36,702 nt of DNA from a virus. Positions 13,601 to 22,390 of this stretch are shown here, one piece after another (the stretch's first letter is position 1; every line of letters begins with the position of its first letter). The position numbers and the translations under genes were made by a program. The stretch lies in IMG/VR virus record IMGVR_UViG_3300045988_119983. One strand, 5' to 3'. The notes under the pieces were generated by a model that was not told the DNA's origin, did not search any database, and worked only from the letters and a program-made list of their open reading frames with translations.

Positions 13601-13969
13601 ATGGACCTCTACGCCGCCACCAAGGCATGGACCAACTGCGACACCGTCGATATCCCCGGCTGCCCCGGCTGGGCATTCAACGGCCCTGCCCGCCCCACGG
13701 AGGAGTTCTTCGTCGCTATCAGCTACGACGGCCGCGAAATCGCCCGCGCCTACGGCGACGAAGCCGATCCGATGTCGATCCACTTCTACCCGACACCGCG
13801 AGAGATCGTCACGCTTGACGACTTCAAGTGGATCATCAAGATGATTCGTCGAGGCTTCCTCCTCAGCCTCGACTCAGAGTTCAACTACTGGCTCGCGAAC
13901 TGCGACTGCTCCAGCTACCACTGGGACTTCGACCCCGGAATCGGAGTGACAGCCCCCGCCAAGGCCTGA
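13601..13969 (+). CDS. Small acidic Cys-containing protein (122 aa), unknown function
   Basis: Start MDLYAATKAW at the SD-spaced ATG 13601. About 18 acidic against 10 basic residues. Confidence 0.65.
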   Translation: MDLYAATKAWTNCDTVDIPGCPGWAFNGPARPTEEFFVAISYDGREIARAYGDEADPMSIHFYPTPREIVTLDDFKWIIKMIRRGFLLSLDSEFNYWLANCDCSSYHWDFDPGIGVTAPAKA

Positions 13970-13978
13970 CAACAAGGG

Positions 13979-14013
13979 AAGGCCCCACCGCCCAAAACTG
14001 GCGGTGGGGCCTT
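13979..14013. terminator. Bidirectional terminator between convergent genes
   Basis: aaggccccaccgcc-caaaact-ggcggtggggcctt, a perfect 14-bp stem. Confidence 0.7.
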
Positions 14014-14022
14014 CTGCATCGG

Positions 14023-14922
14023 CTACGGATGCACGCGAGACGGGAACGATGCCATGAGGCCGGACGCTCCCTTTTCGAGCGCTGTACGCGCCTGTCCCTC
14101 GTTCGTGATGATGTGCGCGATCGTCGGACGCCCGGACGCGTTGATGCGGTTCCAGACGTCCGCGCTCGCGGACCACTCCATGCCGATTACATCCCACTGC
14201 TGTAGGTTCGCCGCGGGGACTTCGGCGGGGTAGAGCATTGCCATTGTGCGATAGCCGCGCGCTTTCGCTCGTGCCGCGCTCGTGCCCTTCGCAAAGACTT
14301 TCCAGATCACGCGACGCTCGGGATGCCCACCGAAAGCGGTGTCCAGGTACTCGAAGAGCTGCTCCTCAGCCTGCAGATCAGCCGTGTTCCGCTGATCCTC
14401 AGACGAGGTCGTCTTGTGGTCGATCGCCAGGACGACATCATCGGGGATCTGGTCGACGATATCCCGAAGCCGCATAAACGGCCCCGTGCCCTGCTGCAGA
14501 GTCCGCAGCGTGCTCCAGGGAGTAGACCAGATCGGCAGATCCGTCCCCGGGACCGTGCGAGTCGTTTTCCAGTCATGGATCGCGATAAACTCGGCAGGCT
14601 CTCCGTGCGGCCCCCGAGCGGAGAGCCGGACGGAGATCTCCAGCGCCTTGAAGCCCGCCCGGAGCGAGGCATCAAGACCCCGCTGCGTGAACTCCGGATA
14701 TTCTGTGCCGCTCATCCTATGGGCGATATAGAAGGGCCGTTGCCGCAGGAATTGCTCGACGACGTCCGTCGCGGCGGGCGTGACCGGAGTCGTCGCCTCA
14801 CGTCGACGCAGGAGAAGATCCCCTCCGTCGCGACGACGGCGACGCACGACCCCGGGCACGTCACCACCGTTGCGACGACGGCGATAGATCGTCAGCTCAG
14901 CCACGGGCGACCACCTGGACAC
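14023..14922 (-). CDS. Glycerophosphodiester phosphodiesterase (GDPD)-like protein with Arg-rich N-terminus; start uncertain
   Basis: FYIAHRMSGTEYPEFTQRGLDASLRAGFKALEISVRLS...FIAIHDWKTTRT resembles the GDPD pattern HR(G)..PENT...E.D....HD..RTT. Confidence 0.65.
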   Translation of the reverse strand: MSRWSPVAELTIYRRRRNGGDVPGVVRRRRRDGGDLLLRRREATTPVTPAATDVVEQFLRQRPFYIAHRMSGTEYPEFTQRGLDASLRAGFKALEISVRLSARGPHGEPAEFIAIHDWKTTRTVPGTDLPIWSTPWSTLRTLQQGTGPFMRLRDIVDQIPDDVVLAIDHKTTSSEDQRNTADLQAEEQLFEYLDTAFGGHPERRVIWKVFAKGTSAARAKARGYRTMAMLYPAEVPAANLQQWDVIGMEWSASADVWNRINASGRPTIAHIITNEGQARTALEKGASGLMASFPSRVHP

Positions 14923-16066
14923 CGATCCCGTTACTCCCTTGGACGTTCGGGTAGGTCACGACGAGGTCGGCGGGGGATCCTGCAGTTCGCTTTGCAAGCG
15001 TCACCGTCTGATAATTCAGACCGTCCTGCGCCGCAAATTGTAACTTCTCCCAGCCCTCCGAGACCGTGACCTGGTCCGAAGTTTCGCCCGCACTCGTGCG
15101 CTCGAAAGTGAAGCCGAGCGCGAGACCCGCACCCGCGAGCGCGGGCGCCGTGCAAGTCTTAGTCTCGACCGGCTCGGCCTGACGTTTCTTGACGGTGCCG
15201 GCCTCGATGCGGGAGGCACCACGTACTGCGGCTGCGGCCCATCCAATCTCGGCGTTCTGCGACATCGTGACCGTGATCGTTGGCGCCCAGGGACCGGTGA
15301 TGATAGTCGCGCTCATCGTACCGACCCAGTACGGATCGACGAGCGTCGTCCAGCCCTGCGGGAGGTTTGCGGTAGCGCGAACGCCTTGAGCCTTTTCGTT
15401 GATGCCCAGGATGATCTTGTCGCCTGCCTTGCCGTCGACCTTTACGGTGATAGTCTGGCCGACAACGGAGCCCGAGGCGTGGCCGACGACGGCGGGGCCG
15501 GCGGCTGGCGCGGGGCCGGGCGTCGGGGTCGGCGGCTGCGCTGGTGAAGCTGCGGCAGCGAGGAAGTAGAGCGCGCCGTCTGGCAGGCGCTGCGCTTCGG
15601 CCTCGTTTGCGACGACGGTGATGCCGACGCCTGTTAGCGCGGCCTGCAGCTCAGCCTTGGTAGCAAGGCCGGTCAGGTCGGAGGTGTGCGCGACGCCTGC
15701 GACGTCGCCCTTCGTCGCATAGCCGGAGAGCTCGGCCTTCGTGGCGAGGCCTGTCAGGTCGGATCGTTTTGCGACTCCGACGATCTCGTCCTTCGTCGCG
15801 TAGGCCGTGAGGTCTGCGCGGGAGGCGAGGTCGGCGACCTGGCGAGTGGTCGCGTAGCCGGCCAGTTCCTCGCGGGTCGCGAGGCCCCGCAGCTCTGCCT
15901 TCTTCGCGTAGTCGGTGAGGTCCACTCTGCCGCCTGCGGCGGCGGTCGCGACGTCGCCCTTCGTCGCATAGCCGGAGAGCTCCGACTTTGTTGCGAGCGG
16001 TGCGACTGCTCGCGCGATTGCCTTATCGGTGCCCTGCTTCGTGTAGAGCGTCGGTCGTGCTGCCAT
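14897..16066 (-). CDS. Fibre-like protein: about 12 nonapeptide repeats (ATKxELxGY), Pro-rich hinge, C-terminal globular domain
   Basis: ATKSELSGY/AKKAELRGL/ATREELAGY/.../ATKAELSGY/ATKGDVAGV. An exact 35-bp DNA repeat occurs at 15699-15733 and 15948-15982. Confidence 0.65.
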   Translation of the reverse strand: MAARPTLYTKQGTDKAIARAVAPLATKSELSGYATKGDVATAAAGGRVDLTDYAKKAELRGLATREELAGYATTRQVADLASRADLTAYATKDEIVGVAKRSDLTGLATKAELSGYATKGDVAGVAHTSDLTGLATKAELQAALTGVGITVVANEAEAQRLPDGALYFLAAAASPAQPPTPTPGPAPAAGPAVVGHASGSVVGQTITVKVDGKAGDKIILGINEKAQGVRATANLPQGWTTLVDPYWVGTMSATIITGPWAPTITVTMSQNAEIGWAAAAVRGASRIEAGTVKKRQAEPVETKTCTAPALAGAGLALGFTFERTSAGETSDQVTVSEGWEKLQFAAQDGLNYQTVTLAKRTAGSPADLVVTYPNVQGSNGIGVQVVARG

Positions 16067-16081
16067 AGGTCAGGCTCCGAT

Positions 16082-16489
16082 CTAGAGTGTATCGTATATG
16101 TCGCCGTAGAGCGTTCCGTCCAGGGTGAGGGTGTCTCCGTCGCCGGAGATCTCGACACCGCCCATACCAGGGACAGGCGCGGGAGACGGGGTCGGCGACG
16201 TGGCGCCGGAGAAGATCTGCGCCAGGTCGTAGGCAACCGATGGGCGCAGCGTCACGGTCGCCTCTCGGAGCGTGCGGCCCGGGATCGCGAGACGCAGATG
16301 CACCTGCGTCTCCGCGCGGATATCAAGCGGGAGGACGATCTGCCCTCGCACGTCGGCCTGCCGGGCCACCGGCCCGCCCGCGAGGACAGCGAGATTCTCA
16401 CCTGTCCCCGCGAGCGCGGCGACGATGTAGGCCTGCGGCTCGGGTGCGCCGTCAAGCCTGCCGACAGTGCCCGAAATAGTCGTGGTCAC
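16082..16489 (-). CDS. Hypothetical beta-rich protein (135 aa), possibly Ig- or prealbumin-like
   Basis: ORF with high GC3, coupled to its neighbours. Confidence 0.5.
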   Translation of the reverse strand: MTTTISGTVGRLDGAPEPQAYIVAALAGTGENLAVLAGGPVARQADVRGQIVLPLDIRAETQVHLRLAIPGRTLREATVTLRPSVAYDLAQIFSGATSPTPSPAPVPGMGGVEISGDGDTLTLDGTLYGDIYDTL

Positions 16490-17049
16490 TGCTGATTCAC
16501 TTTCTCTTCGAGTTTGTCGAGTCGCTCGTGCAGGCGCGCGTGCGCGTCGTGCGAGTGCTCATCGATTGTCCGCTGCGCCGCCTCACGAGCGACGCGCTCA
16601 TCGTGGATTTCCTCGGCCATACGACCGCCGCGCTCGTCGATCCTGCCGACGCGTGACTCCACCGCTTCGAGACTCTTCCCGTGATTGGTGAGCGTCGTCT
16701 CGACGCGGTTCAGCTGATCGGCGAGCGTGCCGACGTGTCCGGTCAGCTCACCGATCTGGTCCGAGACAGCGTGGACGGTCTCGATCGCGCGGTCCAAGTC
16801 ATCCCTGATGTTGGTGTCGTGATCGTTGGAGACCTGCGCGTCCGCCGAGCGGGCGGCGGCTCTGGCTTCCTCGACGCCCGCGAGGACGTGCGCGAATTTC
16901 GCGTCCATCCAGCGGCGCACCTGGCTTGCGGCCAGGGCGACGATGCCCGTCATCGCGACGAGGACCGCGACGACGAGCGCGGCGAGCGCGTCTGTCACTT
17001 TCGGATCCGCTAGAAGCTCAGTCACGGCTGGCCAGCTCGGCCCCGTCAA
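16486..17049 (-). CDS. Membrane-anchored coiled-coil protein, possible lysis accessory
   Basis: TM segment ALAALVVAVLVAMTGIVALAA followed by a long heptad-like acidic and basic helix. Confidence 0.55.
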   Translation of the reverse strand: MTGPSWPAVTELLADPKVTDALAALVVAVLVAMTGIVALAASQVRRWMDAKFAHVLAGVEEARAAARSADAQVSNDHDTNIRDDLDRAIETVHAVSDQIGELTGHVGTLADQLNRVETTLTNHGKSLEAVESRVGRIDERGGRMAEEIHDERVAREAAQRTIDEHSHDAHARLHERLDKLEEKVNQQ

Positions 17050-17431
17050 CTACCCGGGTCGAAGGGACAGCAGCAGCGGCAGCGCGAACCTCCTCGACGG
17101 ACTCGCCGCCGGGAGTCACAGCGCCGACCCAGTCAATCAGTGTCACGCCGTTAATACGCACCGCCGAGAGCACCTGGAACACAGACCAGGCGATGCCCAG
17201 GAAAACGCCGGCCTGGGCAATGAGAAGTCGCCAGGTCGCCGGATACGTTCCGGACACCCAGACGGCCAGCGAGACGATGACCGCGACGCCGGTCAGCAGC
17301 ACCTTACGGCGTGCCGGCGTCCAGTACGGACGGTCGAGTGCCGCCTGGACCATCGGCCACACCATGCCGACGACGACCGTCGTCAGGAACGGGTCAGTGA
17401 GGAGACCGAGCAGAAGATCATTCATCGTCAT
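17018..17431 (-). CDS. Holin-like multi-TM protein
   Basis: 3-4 hydrophobic helices. ATGA overlap with the endolysin stop. Confidence 0.65.
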   Translation of the reverse strand: MTMNDLLLGLLTDPFLTTVVVGMVWPMVQAALDRPYWTPARRKVLLTGVAVIVSLAVWVSGTYPATWRLLIAQAGVFLGIAWSVFQVLSAVRINGVTLIDWVGAVTPGGESVEEVRAAAAAVPSTRVVDGAELASRD

Positions 17432-18264
17432 TCCCCCTTCTCCGCGCCCGCGAGCGCGGCGTTAATTGCGTTGTTGGTGGCCGGGCCGTAGATCTCGTCG
17501 TCGTCCACGCCGACGGCGCGCTGGAGGTTGCCGACGACTCGATCGTGCGCCTCGTCCGAGGCGTCGCCCCAGACACCGTCTGCCTCAGTACCTATCACAT
17601 ACTGCACGTACTCGATACCGAAGGGGAACTGCCGCCCGCCCCAGGAGCTGGCGGCGACGACGGCATAGATTCGCTTGGTCGTATCGGGGCCGACCACGTT
17701 GTCAGCGGTCGCGCCGACCGCAGCCTGCAGCGCCGTAACGTCGGTGTAGCCCGCCGCGGTGGTTGCGTCGCCGTAGTGCGGGCGAATGACCGCACACACC
17801 GAGTCCCAGCCTCTGGTGCGGCGCCACACGCCGCCGCCGTTGGACTGCGAGCCCGCAGCGCCCGAGCTGGTGTTGAATTCAATGGTCTGCAGCCAGCCGC
17901 CGTAATTGGCCTCCACGATTCCGACGTGGTCCGCGACCCCGTCGTCATCCCAGTCGAAGCAAACCAAATCTCCAGGCGCTGCCTGGGTCATGGGGGAGAC
18001 GAGTCGGCCTTCGCGCGCGGCTGCGTTGATCCCGTAGGGGACATATGCAAAGTCCCCTCCGGGCAGGACGGACTTGTCCTCATTGTCAGTCGCGCACCAG
18101 GACGCACCCATAGCGCAGAAAGGCACACCGGACGTGCCATAGTACGCGCCGTGCCGCTTGGCGTACCAGCGACCGTACTTCGACCCCTCTTCGGGGTCGT
18201 CCCAGCGCGTGTACCCAATTTCTCCTGCCGCCCAGCCGAGGACGTTCTGTGCGGTCATACTCAT
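17428..18264 (-). CDS. Endolysin: N-terminal CHAP-type amidase or peptidase plus C-terminal peptidoglycan-binding repeats
   Basis: GVPFCAMGASWCA (Cys) ... DHVGIVEAN (His). C-terminal repeats LQAAVGATADNVVGPDT and LQRAVGVDDDEIYGPAT. Confidence 0.8.
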   Translation of the reverse strand: MSMTAQNVLGWAAGEIGYTRWDDPEEGSKYGRWYAKRHGAYYGTSGVPFCAMGASWCATDNEDKSVLPGGDFAYVPYGINAAAREGRLVSPMTQAAPGDLVCFDWDDDGVADHVGIVEANYGGWLQTIEFNTSSGAAGSQSNGGGVWRRTRGWDSVCAVIRPHYGDATTAAGYTDVTALQAAVGATADNVVGPDTTKRIYAVVAASSWGGRQFPFGIEYVQYVIGTEADGVWGDASDEAHDRVVGNLQRAVGVDDDEIYGPATNNAINAALAGAEKGE

Positions 18265-18374
18265 CGCGCGGCCTCCGTCTGCTCGTAAGGGATGTAAATC
18301 GGGGCGACGACGTCAGGCGGCGTATCCGTTGCGGGCGTCATTGACGCCATAAGCTGCTCAATGGTCGGTTCCAT
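18261..18374 (-). CDS. Small protein (37 aa)
   Basis: SD GAGGAG, 6 nt, then ATG 18374: MEPTIEQLMASMTPATDTPPDVVAPIYIPYEQTEAAR*. Its stop overlaps the endolysin ATG. Confidence 0.45.
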   Translation of the reverse strand: MEPTIEQLMASMTPATDTPPDVVAPIYIPYEQTEAAR

Positions 18375-18445
18375 GTGTTTCTCCTCTTCGGGTATGGGAA
18401 AGCCCCCGGACGGGCTTGTCCGAGGGCGTGAAGAATTGGTGGCTG

Positions 18446-19045
18446 TCAGTAGCCGATCGCGGTCCACGAGTAGGCGTGCCGGCCAGGGGTCGTGACCCCC
18501 GGCAGCATCGCTCGGAAGCCGTTCCTGCTCATCGAGTCAAGGCAGAACTGCTGCGCCTGCTTGAAGTTCCAGCCAGCTGAGCCCGTCCCGTATAGCGGCG
18601 TCACGGTGACAGACACGCAATCGGTCGGGAAAGGTATCTGGAACGTAATGCTGTCAAGGTAGAGGTTTCCGAACTGGACTTCTGTCGCAGACGTAGCGAC
18701 TTTGCCTGCCTTGATAATGCCGTTCCGCACGCCCGTGCTGAGGCCCGCGCCGACCGGCATATCGCCGACCGCGCCCAGCTCCATCTGCAGATTCGACTCA
18801 CCAGACCACCTGCGACCATCCCAAACGCGAACAGCGTTGAGGTCCGTTCTCCAGACGTAGACAGGCTGCGTAGGGGAGGCCGTGAGACCCACGCCCGCGA
18901 GCGCGGCGACGTACTGGGAGGCGGCGGTCTCGGACGCGCACGCCTTGTAGGAGGGGATCGACAGCGATAGGTCGAGGAGGTCTTGGCGGCGGGCCGGATC
19001 GGTGGGGGATGGCACCTTGTGTCCGCGCTGGTCCTGGTAGCTCAT
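18446..19045 (-). CDS. Minor tail protein, candidate receptor-binding protein (199 aa)
   Basis: Start MSYQDQRGHK at the ATGA overlap 19042-19045. The upstream part of track ORF 18446..19486 is an off-frame overlap. Confidence 0.6.
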   Translation of the reverse strand: MSYQDQRGHKVPSPTDPARRQDLLDLSLSIPSYKACASETAASQYVAALAGVGLTASPTQPVYVWRTDLNAVRVWDGRRWSGESNLQMELGAVGDMPVGAGLSTGVRNGIIKAGKVATSATEVQFGNLYLDSITFQIPFPTDCVSVTVTPLYGTGSAGWNFKQAQQFCLDSMSRNGFRAMLPGVTTPGRHAYSWTAIGY

Positions 19046-19824
19046 TGCGCACGCCTTTCCGTAGGCTTGGTGGGGAGTGTTTCGGTGTAGTCGATGTGTA
19101 GGGCTGCGCTTGCGCCGCCCTTGGTGATGCCGCCGTAGGCAGTACCGACGAGAGCGAGGCCAGCTCCCGCTTTGAGGGTCTTTGCCAGGGCGGTGATGTC
19201 GACCTGTGATTGGGCTGCGTTGACGTTGATCGTCTGCGTCGCGCCGGTCGGCAGCGGCCCCGACTCCGAGTAGGACGCCGGTTGAATTACCAGCGCCCAG
19301 GGCGGGACGTGCGTCCCGGGCTGCACGGTGAGCAGCGCTCGAGTGATCGTGATCGTTCCGAGGGCTTCGAGCTGGCGACCGTAGGTTATGAGGCCTCGGA
19401 GGCGCTGGCCTGCGGGGTTGGTTCCCTGCCAGGCTCCGCCGTCGCCGTAGCGCGACCATCCGCCGGTTGTCCAGGTGCCCATCCACTGCGGCGTGAGCAC
19501 CGCGTGCCGAGCCACCGGCTTAGGCTCGGGCGTTTTCGGGACCGTCGGGAGCGGCCCCTCGGGGGACGGTGCAGGCCCCAGCGCGTGGACGGGACGCCCC
19601 GTGTCCGGATCGAGGAGGACATGCGCGGTCTTGACACCGTTCCAGTTGACGGCGGTCGCTGGGATCTGGACCCCGGTGCCGCCGTACAGGGAGACAATGA
19701 GTTGGCGACCGCCTTCGACGAGGGCGACGATCTGCGCGATCGCCGTCGTCGACCTGTCCGACCCGTACCTGGGCGGCAGGTCGTCCGGCGTGGAGGAGAT
19801 CAAGTCCATCACACGGAGGCTCAC
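19042..19824 (-). CDS. Minor tail protein (260 aa)
   Basis: Position in the tail module and coupled overlaps. Confidence 0.6.
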   Translation of the reverse strand: MSLRVMDLISSTPDDLPPRYGSDRSTTAIAQIVALVEGGRQLIVSLYGGTGVQIPATAVNWNGVKTAHVLLDPDTGRPVHALGPAPSPEGPLPTVPKTPEPKPVARHAVLTPQWMGTWTTGGWSRYGDGGAWQGTNPAGQRLRGLITYGRQLEALGTITITRALLTVQPGTHVPPWALVIQPASYSESGPLPTGATQTINVNAAQSQVDITALAKTLKAGAGLALVGTAYGGITKGGASAALHIDYTETLPTKPTERRAQ

Positions 19825-20951
19825 AGGGTCACCTCCACGTCGGTTTTCTGCGTCCCCTTATAGGTGAGCGGGACTTCATAGGCTGTGACGAGGCCCCAGA
19901 GCGTTTTCGGCTCAGCCGCTAGGACCGGCTGCGTGACAATCTCGATCGGCTGATCGAGCGCGACGCGCGGATCCGGCGCGTGCTCCACGGGGACTTTCAC
20001 TTTTCGGCGGATCGACTCCGCGAGCATCGCCTCCGCCGTTTTTCGGGCCTGCTCCTGCGACGTGATGAGCGGTGAGGAGAAGAAGCGGGGGACGATGCCG
20101 TATGGGCCGTCGGTGCGCATGGGGCCGGTCGTCTGATCCGCGACCGCCTGGAACGCGGGCGCGCCCTCATCGTGCCCATCCTGCCCGCGCGCGACCACCC
20201 GGTTATACACCTTGTCGCGCGAGACCTGCGACGAGACGCCGACGACGGTACCGTCCAGGTCGTCCGTGAGCCGCAGCTTCGGCGGCGAGACCGGCGGCGA
20301 GACCGGCGGGGTCACGTACAGGATCCCGTCGCCGCCCTCACGGATCGATGCCGGCCAAGCCTTCGCGATCTCGTAGATCGCGTCGATACGTGATTCGCCC
20401 CAGGTCATCGACGGGCACCATCGGTCAACGAGGGCAGTGTCGATAACGACGCCCATGTGCCCGCCGACCAGCCTGCGGATCTCGGACGCGAGCGTTCCGT
20501 TCCACATGGGGGAGAGCGGAGTCGTGAGGCGGTCCTCTTCGAGGCGGTGCATCAGCGATTTGCCGGTCACCCGCACGGTCGAGGGGCCGGGATCGACGGA
20601 GGTGATGAGGAAGCGTCCGAGCTGGACATCCCACCAGCCGCCGCCGGGAATCACCGAAGCGATCGTCAGAGAGACATGCAGTGTCTGGCCGAAGCAGGCG
20701 AGCGGGTGTGACGGGTCTGTCGGATCCCAGTCCCTCCAGTCCTCATCCTCACTCGCCGAGCCGACGCGCGGGACCGTGAGTGAGAGTGAGCCCTGCACCT
20801 GCTGGGTTGCATCCCAAGCGACCGAGCCATCCTCGACGGGCACCTCACCGAGGTACTCATCGCCGAGCCATGACTCGACCGTCGCCTCCAGCGTGTACGC
20901 AGACTGCAGTAGGTCGTCTGGGATGCGCGCGTCCGGGCCGGTCAGGCTCAT
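19821..20951 (-). CDS. Minor tail protein, Tal-like by position (376 aa)
   Basis: Start MSLTGPDARIP at the ATGA overlap 20948-20951. Second gene after the tape measure. Confidence 0.6.
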   Translation of the reverse strand: MSLTGPDARIPDDLLQSAYTLEATVESWLGDEYLGEVPVEDGSVAWDATQQVQGSLSLTVPRVGSASEDEDWRDWDPTDPSHPLACFGQTLHVSLTIASVIPGGGWWDVQLGRFLITSVDPGPSTVRVTGKSLMHRLEEDRLTTPLSPMWNGTLASEIRRLVGGHMGVVIDTALVDRWCPSMTWGESRIDAIYEIAKAWPASIREGGDGILYVTPPVSPPVSPPKLRLTDDLDGTVVGVSSQVSRDKVYNRVVARGQDGHDEGAPAFQAVADQTTGPMRTDGPYGIVPRFFSSPLITSQEQARKTAEAMLAESIRRKVKVPVEHAPDPRVALDQPIEIVTQPVLAAEPKTLWGLVTAYEVPLTYKGTQKTDVEVTL

Positions 20952-22390
20952 CGGTCCTCCTGCCAGATCGTGCGGTCGAAGCCCTCCCACGTGAGGCGGC
21001 GAGCATCGAGGCCCTGCCATGTGAGCGCGCGACCGTCGAAGTCCGTCCACGTCGAGAGAGCGAGGAGCGTCGATGCCTGCGGCAGCGACGTGATCGTCCC
21101 CTTAATCGTCCACGTGCGCTCCGCAATATCGATCCGAGCTGCGCGCTCCATCGATACCGCCGTCGGCGACATAAGCGTCACCAGGTCAACGTCACAGACA
21201 CCTGCCCTGCACTGCACGCAGTGCTCGGGATTATGGAAGAGAGCGACGGGGGTCGGCGTTCCCAGCAAGAGCTTGAGCGCGGGCGTGTCCTTGAGATTCG
21301 TGCGAGCCGTCAGCGAGACAGTACCTGCGCCCATCGTCGGCGCGTACACCATGACCGGAGTCCGCCTGCCGGGCACCTCATGCTCGGTCAGCCGCATCTT
21401 CATCTCACGCTGATCCGTGCCCTGCCAGAGGAGATTCACGGGCATCTTGCCCGCAGTGTCCGTCATCAACGAGAGCCCCTGCCAGCGGCGCACGACAGGC
21501 GAGGACTCCACCTCGACGCCCCGAGACGTCGTCAGACGGTACCTAAATTCCGTGTTGATCGGAGCGAGCGAGTCACCGATCACGCGCTGCGCGCCCGTGC
21601 CAGTCCACACGCCCGCGCGCGGGATCCATTTGAAGCCCGTCGCAGCGATGCCCTCGACGTAGCATGCCGTGCCCGCAGGCGCGAGCGACGCCGGGATCAC
21701 CAGCTGCACGCGCGGGGCCTGGCCGTCCTCGACGACCGCGACCGGCTCGCGCGTCATATCCAGCGCGCCCTCAACCTCACGCGACGCAGAGAGTCCCTTC
21801 GCGCCCGTCCACTGGTGAGTTATCGCCCGCTGCGAGTAGCCGATCCGCTGCTGAGGCGTATCCCCGTCGAAGAAGGTCGCCGCATCGGCGACAGCCTCCT
21901 CGACGGTCGCCGCCGCGACGATCATGACATCGTCGAGATGCACCGAGCCTGGTTTGTTGTCGCGGACACCCGAGGTGTAAACCTCAAAGCGCACGCGCGC
22001 CTGCGTGGCGCCAGTCGGGGCCACGTGGACCCAGGTCGGGCGCTCGCCCTCTGCACTCGATGTCAGCAGCAGCGGCGCGGACGTGACCTGGCTACGTCCT
22101 CCGACCGTCCACTCGACGCGGACGGCGAGGCCAATACCAGGACTCGTGCGGACAAGCGCAGACACAGCCAGCGCCTGCCCCGCCGAAACGGAGACCACGC
22201 CCGGTGTGGCGACCTGCCCCTGCAGCTGGGCAGGCACGTCGACAGCCAGGTAAGTTGGCGACTGTCGATCATGCCCGCCCCACGCAGCGGGATCAGATGC
22301 GATCCGGAGCGACGATGGTGCGTACTTCGCCCAGCTATTCGTCCCATACGCGAACGACGGGTTCGGGCAAAGATTCGTCCGCACCATCAT
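20948..22390 (-). CDS. Minor tail protein, Dit-like by position, with N-terminal carbohydrate-binding-like jelly-roll
   Basis: First gene after the tape measure (ATGATG overlap). N-terminal NLCPNPSFAYGTNSW...VHLDDVMIV pattern. Confidence 0.6.
   Translation of the reverse strand: MMVRTNLCPNPSFAYGTNSWAKYAPSSLRIASDPAAWGGHDRQSPTYLAVDVPAQLQGQVATPGVVSVSAGQALAVSALVRTSPGIGLAVRVEWTVGGRSQVTSAPLLLTSSAEGERPTWVHVAPTGATQARVRFEVYTSGVRDNKPGSVHLDDVMIVAAATVEEAVADAATFFDGDTPQQRIGYSQRAITHQWTGAKGLSASREVEGALDMTREPVAVVEDGQAPRVQLVIPASLAPAGTACYVEGIAATGFKWIPRAGVWTGTGAQRVIGDSLAPINTEFRYRLTTSRGVEVESSPVVRRWQGLSLMTDTAGKMPVNLLWQGTDQREMKMRLTEHEVPGRRTPVMVYAPTMGAGTVSLTARTNLKDTPALKLLLGTPTPVALFHNPEHCVQCRAGVCDVDLVTLMSPTAVSMERAARIDIAERTWTIKGTITSLPQASTLLALSTWTDFDGRALTWQGLDARRLTWEGFDRTIWQEDR

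Noticed and set aside
15600-16000. Periodic DNA repeats that might be mistaken for a CRISPR-like array.
   Set aside because: The period is 27 nt with no unique spacers, and the array lies entirely within a coding frame that translates to nonapeptide repeats.
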